From contig OZ234493.1 of assembly GCA_965153455.1 (NCBI GenBank), positions 30,742,213 through 30,806,212 on the forward strand: a stretch of 64,000 nucleotides of DNA, written 5' to 3'. How positions within the stretch are numbered: position 1 is the stretch's first letter; each line of letters starts with the position of its first letter. Both the position numbers and the translations under genes were made by a program. The notes below the pieces were generated by a model that was not told the DNA's origin, searched no databases, and saw nothing but the letters and a program-made list of their open reading frames with translations. Source of the DNA: Sphagnum compactum. Lineage: Eukaryota. Below are positions 39,101 to 51,272 of the stretch, piece by piece.

Positions 39101-41730
39101 AACTGATGATGCACATTATTAGCCCTTGAAGAAGAAATGGATGGGTAGAAGAAGAAGAGGGAATTCAAATATTCAAGCTCGGAAAAAAATAACTGTTTGC
39201 TGGCATTTGAGCTTGTGATCAATCATCAGCTTGTTTTAGTTGAGTCTTTTTGAGCTGATTGCATAGACAAACAATGTAATGTAGTGGAACTGCAAACTCA
39301 AAGACGAACCTTGGCAGTTGTCTGTCTATATCTTCCATGTGCCAGAACTACGGGTCTCTTTCCATTAAGAGTGATCACAACAGCCTAATGGAAAGCCAAT
39401 GACATAGTTAGGGCCTTCTTGGTTGCTGTAGGAATAGTTGCCTTCTTCCATCGGAGAGATGCAAGTAAGTTGAACTTATGTCAGGAACTCTGGGAATACA
39501 CGTTCTCATACAAAAAATTTAGGACAAATGTCATTGTACAGTGTGAGTCACAGTTCGACTCAGAGCTCTTCGGAGTTCCAGCAATTGGTCTATGTTTGAC
39601 CAGTAGAGCTATGAGATGGCTGCGAGCAGAGCCAGTTGAAGAAACATAATGGAAAGCTGCTGTGATCACAGTACCCTATTGGAAAGTTTTGTAAGAAGAA
39701 ACCCACCATCACTAACCTCTGTGCTATATAACAAGAATATCTTTGATCTCAACTTGTACATTAAAAGTTGTCCAAAAAGTAAAGCCAGTTTGGACACCTA
39801 GATTGGGCACCAGTTTGAACCTTTGTTTTTTCATCTCATGCCCAAATCAAGTAAGCCCTCGGCCATAGCCCTAAGGGCTTACAACCATTTCTTGTTTGAA
39901 GAGCTTTTCTGAATTCAAAGTCATATAAAGTCATCAAGATGTATAATCTGAATTGAACTTGTTTGAAAACACTTGTGAGGATCATAGCATTAGCGCCAAA
40001 GTTTTGGGATTTAAAAAGCATTGGATCAGGTGCATGGACAGAAAGAATAGGTTTGCTTATGAGCATCTGGATCGCAGACCACCATATTCCAAGCAAAACC
40101 AAAGTTGCCAGGGAGGTTGCCAGACTGAAGGCGGTCTAGAGCTGCCATGCCCCACCAGGCCACAAACCCTGCTACCTTCCTGGTTTACAAAAGCCGAGAG
40201 AAGCCCAGTATGTTGATGAATTAATAGTTGCACATGAAATTCTTGGTTTCCCAGAAATAGCTCAGAGGCAGATCATGGATGGGTTGCTGCAGATCACTTC
40301 TAAAAGTAGCTTGCAGCATCAGGTAGTCGAGATTAGAGCAAGTCAGATTGTCAAGGCGTGGAAACTGCTGAATTCATAAGAGACAAGAATTTTGAATTGC
40401 AATCTCTGTAAAGATGAAGAAGGGATTATTTGCTTGAGCTAGATTTCATTGAGCTGCTTCACCTTTGAATTTCAAGTCTTTCAGACAACCTGCAAAGGCT
40501 CTTCCATATCCAGCCAACCTCAGTTTTTTGAAGAGGTATCAAGCGATAGTTTGCGATGCCATCTTTCGTCTACTGTCTGTGTGGGCATGAAATGCAAAGG
40601 CAAGCACATCAAGTGTTGTCATTGGCCAATGAAGAGTGAAGCAAAATGGGAGCCACTGGTCCAAATTGCAGTTTGGCAACATCCTTGATTCAATGGCATC
40701 CAGCTTCCTGTCAGTGTCACTCAACAAGCTACTCCTGGAGCAAGGTCTGCACCATTCCCTCATTTCCAAAGTCACCAAGAAGAGGAGGTTGCTCAAAGAT
40801 CAGGTTGCAGGAATTCCCAGGGTTCAATATATGGGTAGTTTGTCATCAAGTGTCATGTTGAGCCCTGCAGGAACAATTTCTCCCACAGCACTCACAAAAA
40901 TCCAAACACAGATTCGTACCCTCAAAACCATTTTTTTGTTTACAATAGCAGGGCTCTGGGTGACAATGGCAAACAGCACCTCATTGCTGGAGCGGGGAGC
41001 CCTGAATGGCAGGGTTCAGCTGATATTTGGTGATACCAGGATTTTTGGTGGGGAGAGTTTCAACATTTTCTTTGTCAGGTTGCCATTGAAGGCCCTGACG
41101 TGGTACTGTGGTGGAGATGCTCCAAGATTTTACAAATAGATGTGTATCAAGTTACATGCAACCCTTGTGCCCACGGCTGGTTGCATCTGCTGAAGGTAGC
41201 ATATGGTGATGATCCCCCTGCAAGCATAGGTCCACAAGTCAGGAAAAACCTCGCATGTACAAATCCCCCATTTGAAAATGGTCTCCAGTGTTGGAGGGAT
41301 CTTCTTGGGGAGTGGGACTCCTACATTTTCTCTCGAGGGTAGGTGAGGAGGATGGCTTGCAAAAACAGAACAGACCATTGTGGATCCATTCTCCTCACTT
41401 GGAGGAAGATCCACAGGTTGGAAGAGAAGAACTTGCTTTAGCTTAAAAGGTTGAAACATGACTAATTTGGAGGACAAACTCAGGATTCACTGTTTAAGCA
41501 AGAGACAGTTCAATACAACATTATCATGCTCAATGAAGTTGAGGCTCAAATAAGAAAATTCTTTCAAGATCCTTGAAGAGAAGAAAACGGACAACAAAAG
41601 CATCCTACATTTCTAGGCCTAAATGAATTTCTTGAACATACCCATAAGAACTGAATACATTGTTTGCAGAAAACTGAACCTGTCAAAGTAATGTGGAAAA
41701 CTTCCTAGTCCAGATAACTGCAACAAAGTA

Positions 41731-43670
41731 TCAAATTCTCCTCCGATTGTCCTGTCGCTGCTTTTTCATGGCAGGCTCAGTACCATGCATGTTGCCAACT
41801 AGACTTGACACTGTGCTACTGTTTGTCCCTTCACTGTTTTTCCTCCCTGACAATTCTGGTGTTTGCATGCTCACACTTGAAATCTGCAAGTGTAAAACGA
41901 ATATGAGGAACAGACCACATCTACAGAATATTATGTGGACATAATCAAACAGAAATGATCAAATTTGTCAACCTCATAAATTCGCAAAGTTTCTTGCCCG
42001 GCAAGCAGGAGGTAGCTAGTAGGTCAATATGTACCTTGTTGAGCTTTTGGCGAACTGCCTGTCTTGTTGCATCCATGCTTGGACTTCGAAACTGCTGCAC
42101 AACCAATGTACCCACCAGACCAGCAAGTCATTTATTGATCTTCTCATGCACATAGGTTAACCTCGGAATTGGATCAGAGGCAGCAGAGAGAACCACCCTG
42201 ACCTCATGTGGATTCATCTGTATTGTAGCATTTTGTGGATAGGAAGAAATTGCTGTTGCTGTTTTAATCTCCACAACCCCCCTACCTCTGCACATGTGAA
42301 AAAGCACTCTATGCTCAGCAACCTGAAGTGGCAGTAACAGTGGTGTCTTGGATGAGTCCTGTGTCTGGTGTCAACACAACCGTATACCAGATTCTTCACC
42401 AATTGTAATGATTGCCAGCCGCTATACACTTGCATACATGCCTGTTAACTACTCATCCCTTTGTTTTCACCTCAAGAGAATATTTGCTAGAAATATTTCT
42501 TACTGCACTGCAGGGTGTAGTTGCTCAAGTGGTGATGGAGAGGGTTGCTCAGCTGAACGACTGTCTTGCCAAGAGGCACTGAGCAGTGGATCCCTTGGTC
42601 CTTGTGGTTGCCACTGCTGCTGCTGCTCTGATCTGCTGTTGGCTGCACATCCCATCTGGTGACCTATTCAGATTCAAAAAATATTGAGAAGCATGCAAAA
42701 AATGCCAATTGGTCCAAAACAGAAAAGACATATTACAAAGGCAAAGAACCACTCTGCTAATGTGGTGGTGGTGGCTTACACTTCAGCCGGTTTAAAACAG
42801 TGCGTTGTCGTTCCTCCAGTTTGTTGCGAGTGTCAGCCAGAGTCTCATGGTTGGGAGCATATGATACCTGCAACAAGTTCCCCAGGAATTGGTACTCATC
42901 CAGCTTCCTCTTGGCAAACCTGAAACCCCATATCCAACCACAAATCAACAGTGTCTCTGCAACTCTGACTTGCTGTCTCCACAAAATCACTTGCAGCCTG
43001 GAGTGCAGAAAAAACTAACCTGACACAGCTAGGGAAGTGCTTACCGAGCATTGCTGATATGTGCAAACTTGATCCAGTACACATCTGTAAATTCTTCACA
43101 ATCCTCCTCGTCCATCAGTCTGTACCTGAATATTGCATTCATCATCATCATCATCACCTATCTGCAAAAAAATTTCCCATGTTTATCTTCACTAATCCTC
43201 AGAGAATATGCAAACTTTACCATCTTCACCTATTGTGCTGCCATGCTTATCTTCACCACTTGTCAAAGAATATGCAAACCTTGCCATCTTCACTATTGCA
43301 CTGCCACAACCTTTTTACCTTGGAGTATACTCTCCCAGAATGAAAAGGGAAAGCCAGCAAGACAGACTTACTCTTCAATCGGGCCATAGAGAGCGAAAAG
43401 CTTCACCAACTCGTCAATGCATCCCAAGGCCGGGACGTTCCTCACGATTAGGTATCTGGCCCCGTTCATGTGCACGCAAAGATACTGGCGTCAACAACAA
43501 CCAGAAAGCCAACTCCCCCCCAAAAAAAAGAAGACAGAAGAAGAACGATAACATAAGCAAAAAACATCAGCAACAAGATGGAAACGAAACACATACCTCG
43601 ACTCTTGGCAGAGAGTGTAGACACGGATAGCACGGACGCGACGGCCGCTACGATCGTCCGTCCTCTCCAT
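41731..43670 (-). CDS. RBM48: RNA-binding protein 48 (minor/U12 spliceosome RRM factor). Exons ~43670-43597, 43455-43372, 43125-43045, 42919-42780, 42663-42504, 42287-42203, 42094-42035 and 41883-41731.
   Basis: Spliced translation: AIRVYTLCQESR-YLIVRNVPALGCIDELVKLFALYGPIE-EYRLMDEEDCEEFTDVYWIKFAHISNAR-FAKRKLDEYQFLGNLLQVSYAPNHETLADTRNKLEERQ...SPSMDATRQAVRQKLNK...KKQRQDNRRRI*. All junctions are GT-AG and phase-compatible; the middle exons are less certain. Confidence 0.92.
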
Positions 43671-44268
43671 GATACTTATTACCCTGGACTCCCCTCGTCG
43701 CTCTTTCTCCCTCGTGCTCTTCTCGGTTAGGGTTCTAGCCACTGTTACCTATTCGTAAGATGAAGGTCACAGAAGAAGAGTGAACGACCTCCAAAGCTTG
43801 TTTTGTAGATTCGATCTTCGACTATCGTGTTGACACTGTCTTGTGGTTACAGAATTCGCACAGATACGCGGGGGTATGTTTACGCCAGCGGAAGGAAGGA
43901 AGGAAGAAAGGAAAGGTGCTGCTGCTGCTGCTTCCGCACAAGCAAATCAATTCGTCGTTTCCAAAATGGTAAAGGTTATACTACGGCTTCTTTCTCCCAA
44001 AGCTTGCAGCTGAAAAAAGGCGTTCACCGCAAGGAATGCCGTGGGCTCTCGGTTGGAGAACCGCAGGAGCACGACGGAGGAGGGTCCCGAAGTCGAATTT
44101 TGTGAAAGAACTCGCGCTTCTTCAGATACGGAAAGGGATGATCGTTGCAGATACAAAACTACCAGCAACTTCGCGTGGGTCCCTTGCATGGTCGTCTTCT
44201 TCTTCATCATCTTCATTATAATCAATCATCAGTAATGCGAATTTGCATCATCTTGTCATAGCTCTCGC

Positions 44269-44808
44269 TCATATAATTGATTAGGGTTCTGGTCCTCATA
44301 TGATTGATTAGGGTTTTGGTCCTCATATGATTGATTAGGGCTTTGGTCCTCATATGATTGATTAGGGTTTTGGTCCTCATATGCTTGATTAGGGTTTTGG
44401 TCCTCATACGATTGATTAGGGTTTTGGTCCTCATATGCTTGATTAGGGTTTTGGTCCTCATATGATTGATTAGGGTTTTGGTTCCGCATATGATTGATTA
44501 GGGTTTTGGTTCCGCATATGATTGATTAGGGTTTTGGTCCTCATATGATTGATTAGCGTTTTGGTCCTCATATGATTGATTAGGGTTTTGGTCCTCATAT
44601 GATTGATTAGGGTTTTGGTCCTCATATGCTTGATTAGGGTTTTGGTCCTCGTATCTTGATTAGGGTTTTGGTCCTCATATGCTTGATTAGGGTTTTGGTC
44701 CTCATATGCTTGATTAGGGTTTTGGTCCTCACATGATTGATTAGGGTTTTGGTCCTCATATGATTGATTAGGGTTTTGGTCCTCAAATATTAATTAGGGT
44801 TTTGGTCT
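44269..44808. repeat. 27-bp minisatellite, ~20 copies (ATATGATTGATTAGGGTTTTGGTCCTC), with a degenerate tail to ~45050
   Basis: Directly visible tandem array; nearly every unit contains TTAGGGTTT. Confidence 0.95.
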
Positions 44809-47800
44809 CATTATTATTATTATTATTATTAGGGTTTTGGTTTTCATATTATAGATTAAACCTTAAACCTTCTTCATGTTCTTGATGAAAGTTTTGGTTC
44901 TTAACTTCTTGATTAGTGTTTTGCTCCTTACATTATTGTTGATTAGGACTTTGGTTCTTTACTTAATTGTTGACTAGGGTTTTGGTTCTTCACTTAATTG
45001 TTGATTAGGGTTTTGGTTATTACATTCATGTTTAAGGTTTTTGTTGTTAAATTATTGTTTTGAGCAAATCAAGTAGTGATTATTAAAAAAACTTGTGGTT
45101 AGTTGTTGTTATTTTGCAATGTTTTTGAAGAAAACTTGAAAAAAAATGACATCGAGAACAATGATTAACAAATTCCACGTTCAATAACAAAAAAATTTCC
45201 CATTTGTTTGGTGAAAAAAATCACAACTTTTGTCCAATTTTTTAAAATTAAATGTTGAAATATATGATTAGTATGAAATTTTGAATAAAAATCAATTTCA
45301 AAATAACATTCTAAGGAACTTATGGGGTGGGCTAAAATGATCACTTTTTTTACAAGAGGGGAAAAAGGTTCATACTTGACCTTTAGACTAAAATTTCAAG
45401 GACTTTGGATGAACATCCTAAATCTTATAATGTAGTACATACAACCAAATCACATGGGTAGGATGAACCTCGGTGCAATAGATATTGAATTTTGAATAAT
45501 TTTTGTCATTGAAAATTCAATAAAAGCTCAAATATTTGAATGAGAATTGGATTTCAAAATTGGTTTGTCGTTTAATATGACACTGTGTATTCAATGGCGA
45601 AGGTTACACAAGTATTCAATTAATTACAACATGGAAATATATTAATTACCAAATGTTCGAAGTTTTAGTTCTTGTGTTTGATATCAAGAGATATTTTCCA
45701 AATGCACTCCAAAAGAATGAAAAAAAAAAAGATTGTACAAAGGTAAACAAAATCAAGAAAAAGAAACAACATAAATGTACATTAATGGGCCCATAATCAA
45801 TCGACAATGATGATGGGTAGTATAAATAAAAAATGTTGATCACTAGGGAAAATGCATCGTAGAAAATTTTACTATGTGTTAATTGATGATGTAATTAAAT
45901 GTGACTTCATGCAAAGATAAGTTGGGAAATGTCTAAAATTTGTGAGCAACGATTAATAGAAAAAAAAGATGTAAGAATAATTTCTTACACCCTTTTTTGT
46001 TCATAACTTATTGATTTAAACTAACTAATTTAAACAAAATGAAATTCAACTAGCTTAATGTACCAGGCAATGATTTGAGTTCACAAATCAAACATGCTAA
46101 TGTTGGCCATAGTGTTCAAATTGAATAGTACCCAACAACTTTGTGAAAATATCGAGTTGTTATTATGGAATGGGAGTGAAGATAATATTGATTTCTTTTA
46201 CACACATTTTTTCTTTAATATAGTGATGTTAGACTTCTAAAGGTTTCATTCATGCATGTTTAAAACATGATTTTCACAAGCTTGATGTTATTTTGGTTGG
46301 TGTAATGTACTTGCGTTGGTTTTTTTTTCAAAAGTTAAAGTCTTTTAGTAATGTTTGAAATCAAAAAATCTCTTTCTCACCATATGAAACAAATTACTAA
46401 CTGCGTAATGTCTCTATCTTAACATTCAATAATATTATTGCAAGTGTTATATTAAGTGAAATATGTAGGTCATTATCCTTTCATCATTATTTTTGCCTTA
46501 TTATTATTGTCAATATTTTTTAAAGAAAATTTATTTTTTACCTATGTGATGGTATTGTGGGACGTAATTTGGGAGTTTGAATGCAAAATATATTGGTTTA
46601 TGGTTAGTCCAATAAACTTCAACAACTCCTAACATGCATTGTTGATAAAAGTAGGTTGAAAGTGTGTTTGAAACTAATTAAGTGAATATGGTGTTCAAAC
46701 ATACTTCATATTAAAATTTTGATATATTATGATTATAAAATGCATAATTTGAGAATATATAAATATCTTTTAGGGCATCCCTAACTTGAAATTAAAAAAA
46801 TATCAATATTTCATTTACATGTAGCCCATTTTGTAAGATCAAACATCTTGTGCAAATAGATGCATTTTTAAAAAAAAACTTAAAAGAACTTTCAAGATGG
46901 GGTTTTTAAACATTTAAAATATAAAATGAAGGATTATCATCATGTCAATTAATTTCCAAAATAAAATTTCCACTCTCTATACAACAAAACTTTTTCTTAT
47001 CTATTTGTAGTTTTTTTTTACATAAAAATGAGCCATTTATTTTACCTTGCTTGCACCCAATAATATATTAAAATAAAAGATAAGATATAATAAATTGTAA
47101 AAATTTGATTTTCGGTGAACATATTTATTGTGAAGGTGTTGGATTTTTATCACACTTTTGATCCACCTTAGTGTGTAACTACCCAATTGATGATCCAACA
47201 TTGTTTAGAACCAAAGGTAACATAATAACCATTGTTAGTGATGTTTTCAACTAAGAAAAGATATTTTTTTAATGTCACAAATGTACCAGGTTTCAATAGG
47301 TTCCTATAAATTTCATGTGAAATTCAATTTTCATTAGTTTGTACAAAAATTGCATGAATTCCATGCTATGGTTAATATGAACAATATTTGTATGTGTTTA
47401 ATATTTTAAATATTCAAATAGATAAGACATTGTTTTAGAATGAAAATTTGAATATTCATGGTTAATACACAAAAATAAGATAATATTATCCAAAATCACA
47501 TCACAATAATTATATGGATTTGGATTTAGTTAAAATGTAAATCGTATGCACTTCACATCAAAACATCATAATAGAAAAAAAACACATCCTTTATATATAT
47601 AGTCATTTATACGTTTTGAAGCTTACAAATTTTACATGGACATATTTTAAAACAATTTCTACACGGATTCTATCGAAATTTCATGATATTGGAAGCTTGT
47701 GATGAGGGGGGACACATATTTCCAATTTTTTTTATGTCAAACAAACTTTTTTGAAGGGGTATTAGGTGAGGGAATTTTGTTTTTCTCACCTTATTATTAT

Positions 47801-49884
47801 CTAATTATTTTAGTATACACATATTTCAACCACCATATATATTTATTTATATGTTTTTTTGCATCCAATTTCAATATCTTATATTCATTTAAATTTATAG
47901 TTTTAATAAGCTTGTAACTAAAAAGGTTTAGGTACATCCAATGCAATTTACATTATAATTTAAAGATATGAAATTTAGGATGAAAAAAAAAAGAGTTCAT
48001 GAATTTTAAACATTTGATATACACCTCATTAATATAATCCACATGTATAATTACATGATTTTCATCACTTTTAAATCCATAGTTTAATCATCAACCTTAG
48101 CTTGGGCATGAGCTTAGAGCTTGAGCTTCGAACATTATGACATTGTTTGACATGGATGAAACAAATGGATATGTCAAAAAGTCTGGATGAAATCCATTTA
48201 AATATTTCTTTGATAATTTTGTAAATGGGCACAAATGTGTAGATGAATGGAAAATTTGGTGGAAAAGTGGATGAATGATGATTGAAAGATGCAGAAATGA
48301 TGGACAAACAAGAGATGAATGATGGATGTACACAATATATGCACATTCTTTCGTAAGAAAATGTTGTGAGAAGTTATGATATCAAATAATACGTTACGAC
48401 AAATTGGAGAAATGAAATTTCATCAAATGCTTGGTAATGTTGGTTAATAACATAACCAAATTTGATGGCATAAACATGAATATAACAGATTCATTTTTGT
48501 TCCCAAAGCTTGACCTCCAACTTTCTTTCATGGGACCTTCAATTATTTTTATAAGGTTTGTCCAAAATCAAATTCCAATTTGACAACATTATCATCCATA
48601 AAATTCCCTTTCAAAATAAATTTTATTATTTAAAAAAAATTGCCAATTTTTTTTATTGGTTTAAAAGTTTAGCCAAAGATGCAAAGGACACATAAATTCG
48701 TTTATTTTCATATCATGTTTAAAGTTACATTTGGAAAAATAGGTTTATGGATGATCACAAATTAAGTTACATCACAAAAATGAAAAAATAGGTGCAAAAA
48801 AAGGATTATCATCCTTTGCCCTTGCCTTTAACATTTAGAAGAAGAGGCATTTTTAAGGATAGATTCTAAACAATCTAAACAAATCTTTCAACTTCATATT
48901 TAAATATTTTGTGGTAAGATTTAAAGGAAAATTTCTACTTATTAATTTCAAATAACTAAAAATTTGATGAAACAAAATAAAATTACCATCCACAAAGCTT
49001 TGGTTGATTGGTTACTATGCAAAAGGTGAAATTTATTATCTTGTTTATGCTATTGATAGTATCACATAGATTAATTTTTATATTGTTATTTACGTTATAA
49101 TGGAACACAAAACTTGGTCAATGGACTTTAGAATTTAAAAATAATAATTCAACATTTAATTATTTTGGGGTGAATTCTTAATAAAAAGTTGTTGCTTATA
49201 TTTGTGTGGCAATTGATAATCTTGCTAGCCAACAAAGGAAATGCACTTTTTATTTCCAAATAAAGTTCATCACAAATTTGTTTAATCACATGATGTGTTA
49301 TAAACAACACATTTAAAAATTGGAAATTCAATCAAATATTCATCATTCATCCAATCTACTTGCATTTTCCACACTAATTAATCACAATGTCCTTAATATA
49401 AAAAGAAAGCAAAAAAATAAAATTCACATTTTTGAACCCACCACAAAAAGGTTTAAGGTTTAGGGATTGAAGGTAGGTCATTAAAAAAAAATGTCATCAA
49501 AATTATTTGCTCATGCTAAAATGCATTTTTTTTTCATAATAATGGAAATCCCAACATCATATCAAAACAAAATCATATGTATATTTTAATAATGGATATT
49601 TACATTCAAGTTTGATGGTACAAAATTTCGATCCATAAATATAAAAAATGAAATTATATTAATTTTCAATCATCTTATTATGGGTTTGAGTTTAAGTCAC
49701 TATTACAAAATGTGGGTGAAGTTCACTAGTCCCCGTTCACTAGACTAGTGAATTCACTGCTTCTTCATTGGTCCCCATTCACTACAACTAGTGAATTCAC
49801 TCAAAATCCAGTGAAATCACTTGACGTACAGGGACACCTTTTGTTGTAGTGGGTTTAGGTCAAGTCAATTAAACAAACCACCCT

Positions 49885-50065
49885 TTAAAAGCCCTAAGTT
49901 AGTCCAATATTATGAGTTATTAAGGGTTTAGGTAGGGTTAGTATACAAAAACACCCTTACAAAACCCTAAGATAGTCCAATATTTTGAATTGTTTATGGG
50001 TTTAGGGTTTTAGGTAGGGTTGGTTAACCAAAGCACCCATTACAAAAGCCTTAAGTTAGTCCAAT
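49885..50065. repeat. Degenerate direct repeat x3 (AAAAGCCCTAAGTTAGTCCAATA core, ~75-80 bp spacing)
   Basis: The core recurs at ~49887, 49960 and 50044. Confidence 0.6.
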
Positions 50066-50209
50066 AACCAATCACAAATTCACAATAGAAATATGTACTG
50101 GGGAAAAAAAATAAAAGGAAAGAAAAAAAAATTAGGTAAAGAAAAGTCACAAACCATGACTGGACCTTGGGATCTCGGATACCGCATAAAGCCGAGGTCC
50201 TCAAATACT

Positions 50210-50313
50210 GGATCCACGTCCCGATGATCTCCGGATCCACATCCCGATGATCTCCGGATCCACATCCCGATGATCCCTGGATCCACGTCCCGATGAGCTT
50301 TGGATCCACGTCC
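50210..50313. repeat. 23-bp GC-rich tandem repeat (GGATCCACATCCCGATGATCTCC), ~4.5 copies
   Basis: GGATCC recurs at 50210, 50233, 50256, 50279 and 50302. Confidence 0.9.
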
Positions 50314-51272
50314 TGAACTGTGTGGTCCCCGCCCCTCATTCGGCCCCTCGATCGGAGACGACGATCCAAAGCGTGTAGGCGTGCAGAGGTGCGCACACAG
50401 ACGCACATGATTGCTGTTGTCGTCGCAGCAGCAGCCGCCGCAAGTGCGGTCTCGTCGCATAGCCTTTCGGAAATTCTTTTGGTGTGGGGACTGTGCGATT
50501 GCCGATCATTGGAATTGAACACCAAGTTGATCGCCACGAACAAACTTCGAAGAAAAAATTTGGATGTTTTGTTGAACAAGAGTCGACGAAGAAGAAGAAG
50601 AAGAAGAAGAAGAAGTTTGGAGTTGTTGTTGGTGCAGGGGGTTTGGATACTCATCAACAATGGCTAGAGATCTGACCCCAACAGCTGTGAACGACGATAC
50701 TAGAAGCCTGCTAACGAAGTTTCAATCAGCTGCTACTTTGTACTCTCAGGTACGACGCCGGAACTGCGAGCTCATCATGCCAGAAGAAACCTCGGATCAT
50801 CAGCTGGTAGACTAGGCAAACGCTTCCGGTCTGCAGGAGGGATCGGAACTCATGTTTGTATGCAGCTAACGTGTGCTGCTAGATATTTGCAAGAAGCTCT
50901 CGATTCTCAAAGCCGCCTCTAGCTTCCTTGTGATGCTGCAACAAGATAGATAGATGTTCCTGTCTTAAGTTCAGCAGACTAAAAGGCTTAGGTTCAGTAG
51001 TTCTCTTACTAGAAGATGTACATGATGAGAAGCTGATGGAGCTGGGAGACATATCTGAACATTGCAGTCTTCCTTTTGTGGCTGTTGTAGGGTTTGCACA
51101 GAGAGCTCCGAGTTCACTTCAGGATCATGCAGAAGCAGTGAGGAACCCGAACAGTTGGGAATCGTTCTAGACTTGAATCTCAGGAGCAGCAAATTATTGA
51201 TGTATGGTTTTGGGCCAGGAGCGGAGGTCCTCAACTTCACAGATCAGACATCACCAGCAGCTAGGGTTTGAG

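Noticed and set aside
40855..40975. Cys-rich minus-frame stretch (CHCHPEPCYC...CECCGRNCSC) as a CXC or pre-SET domain
   Set aside because: It is short, bounded by stops, has no adjoining SET or other domain, and is plausibly chance.
41731..43670. U12-type intron within RBM48 (autoregulation idea)
   Set aside because: No inferred donor matches the U12 consensus RTATCCTT; all look like U2-type GT-AG.
44222..44489. ORFs (YEDQNPNQS)n and (MRTKTLINH)n as real proteins
   Set aside because: They are by-products of a stop-free 27-bp unit, and a 26-bp unit near 44650 breaks the frame.
44269..44808. CRISPR-like appearance or true telomere
   Set aside because: The units are head-to-tail with no unique spacers and no cas genes, the context is eukaryotic, and it is not a pure (TTTAGGG)n tract.
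45841..45870. CACTAGGGAAAATG as a CACTA left end
   Set aside because: No matching right terminus with a TSD was found by eye.
50040..50675. 206-aa and overlapping ORFs
   Set aside because: They derive from GAA repeats, the 23-bp repeat and the GC-rich leader of the SWO1-like gene.
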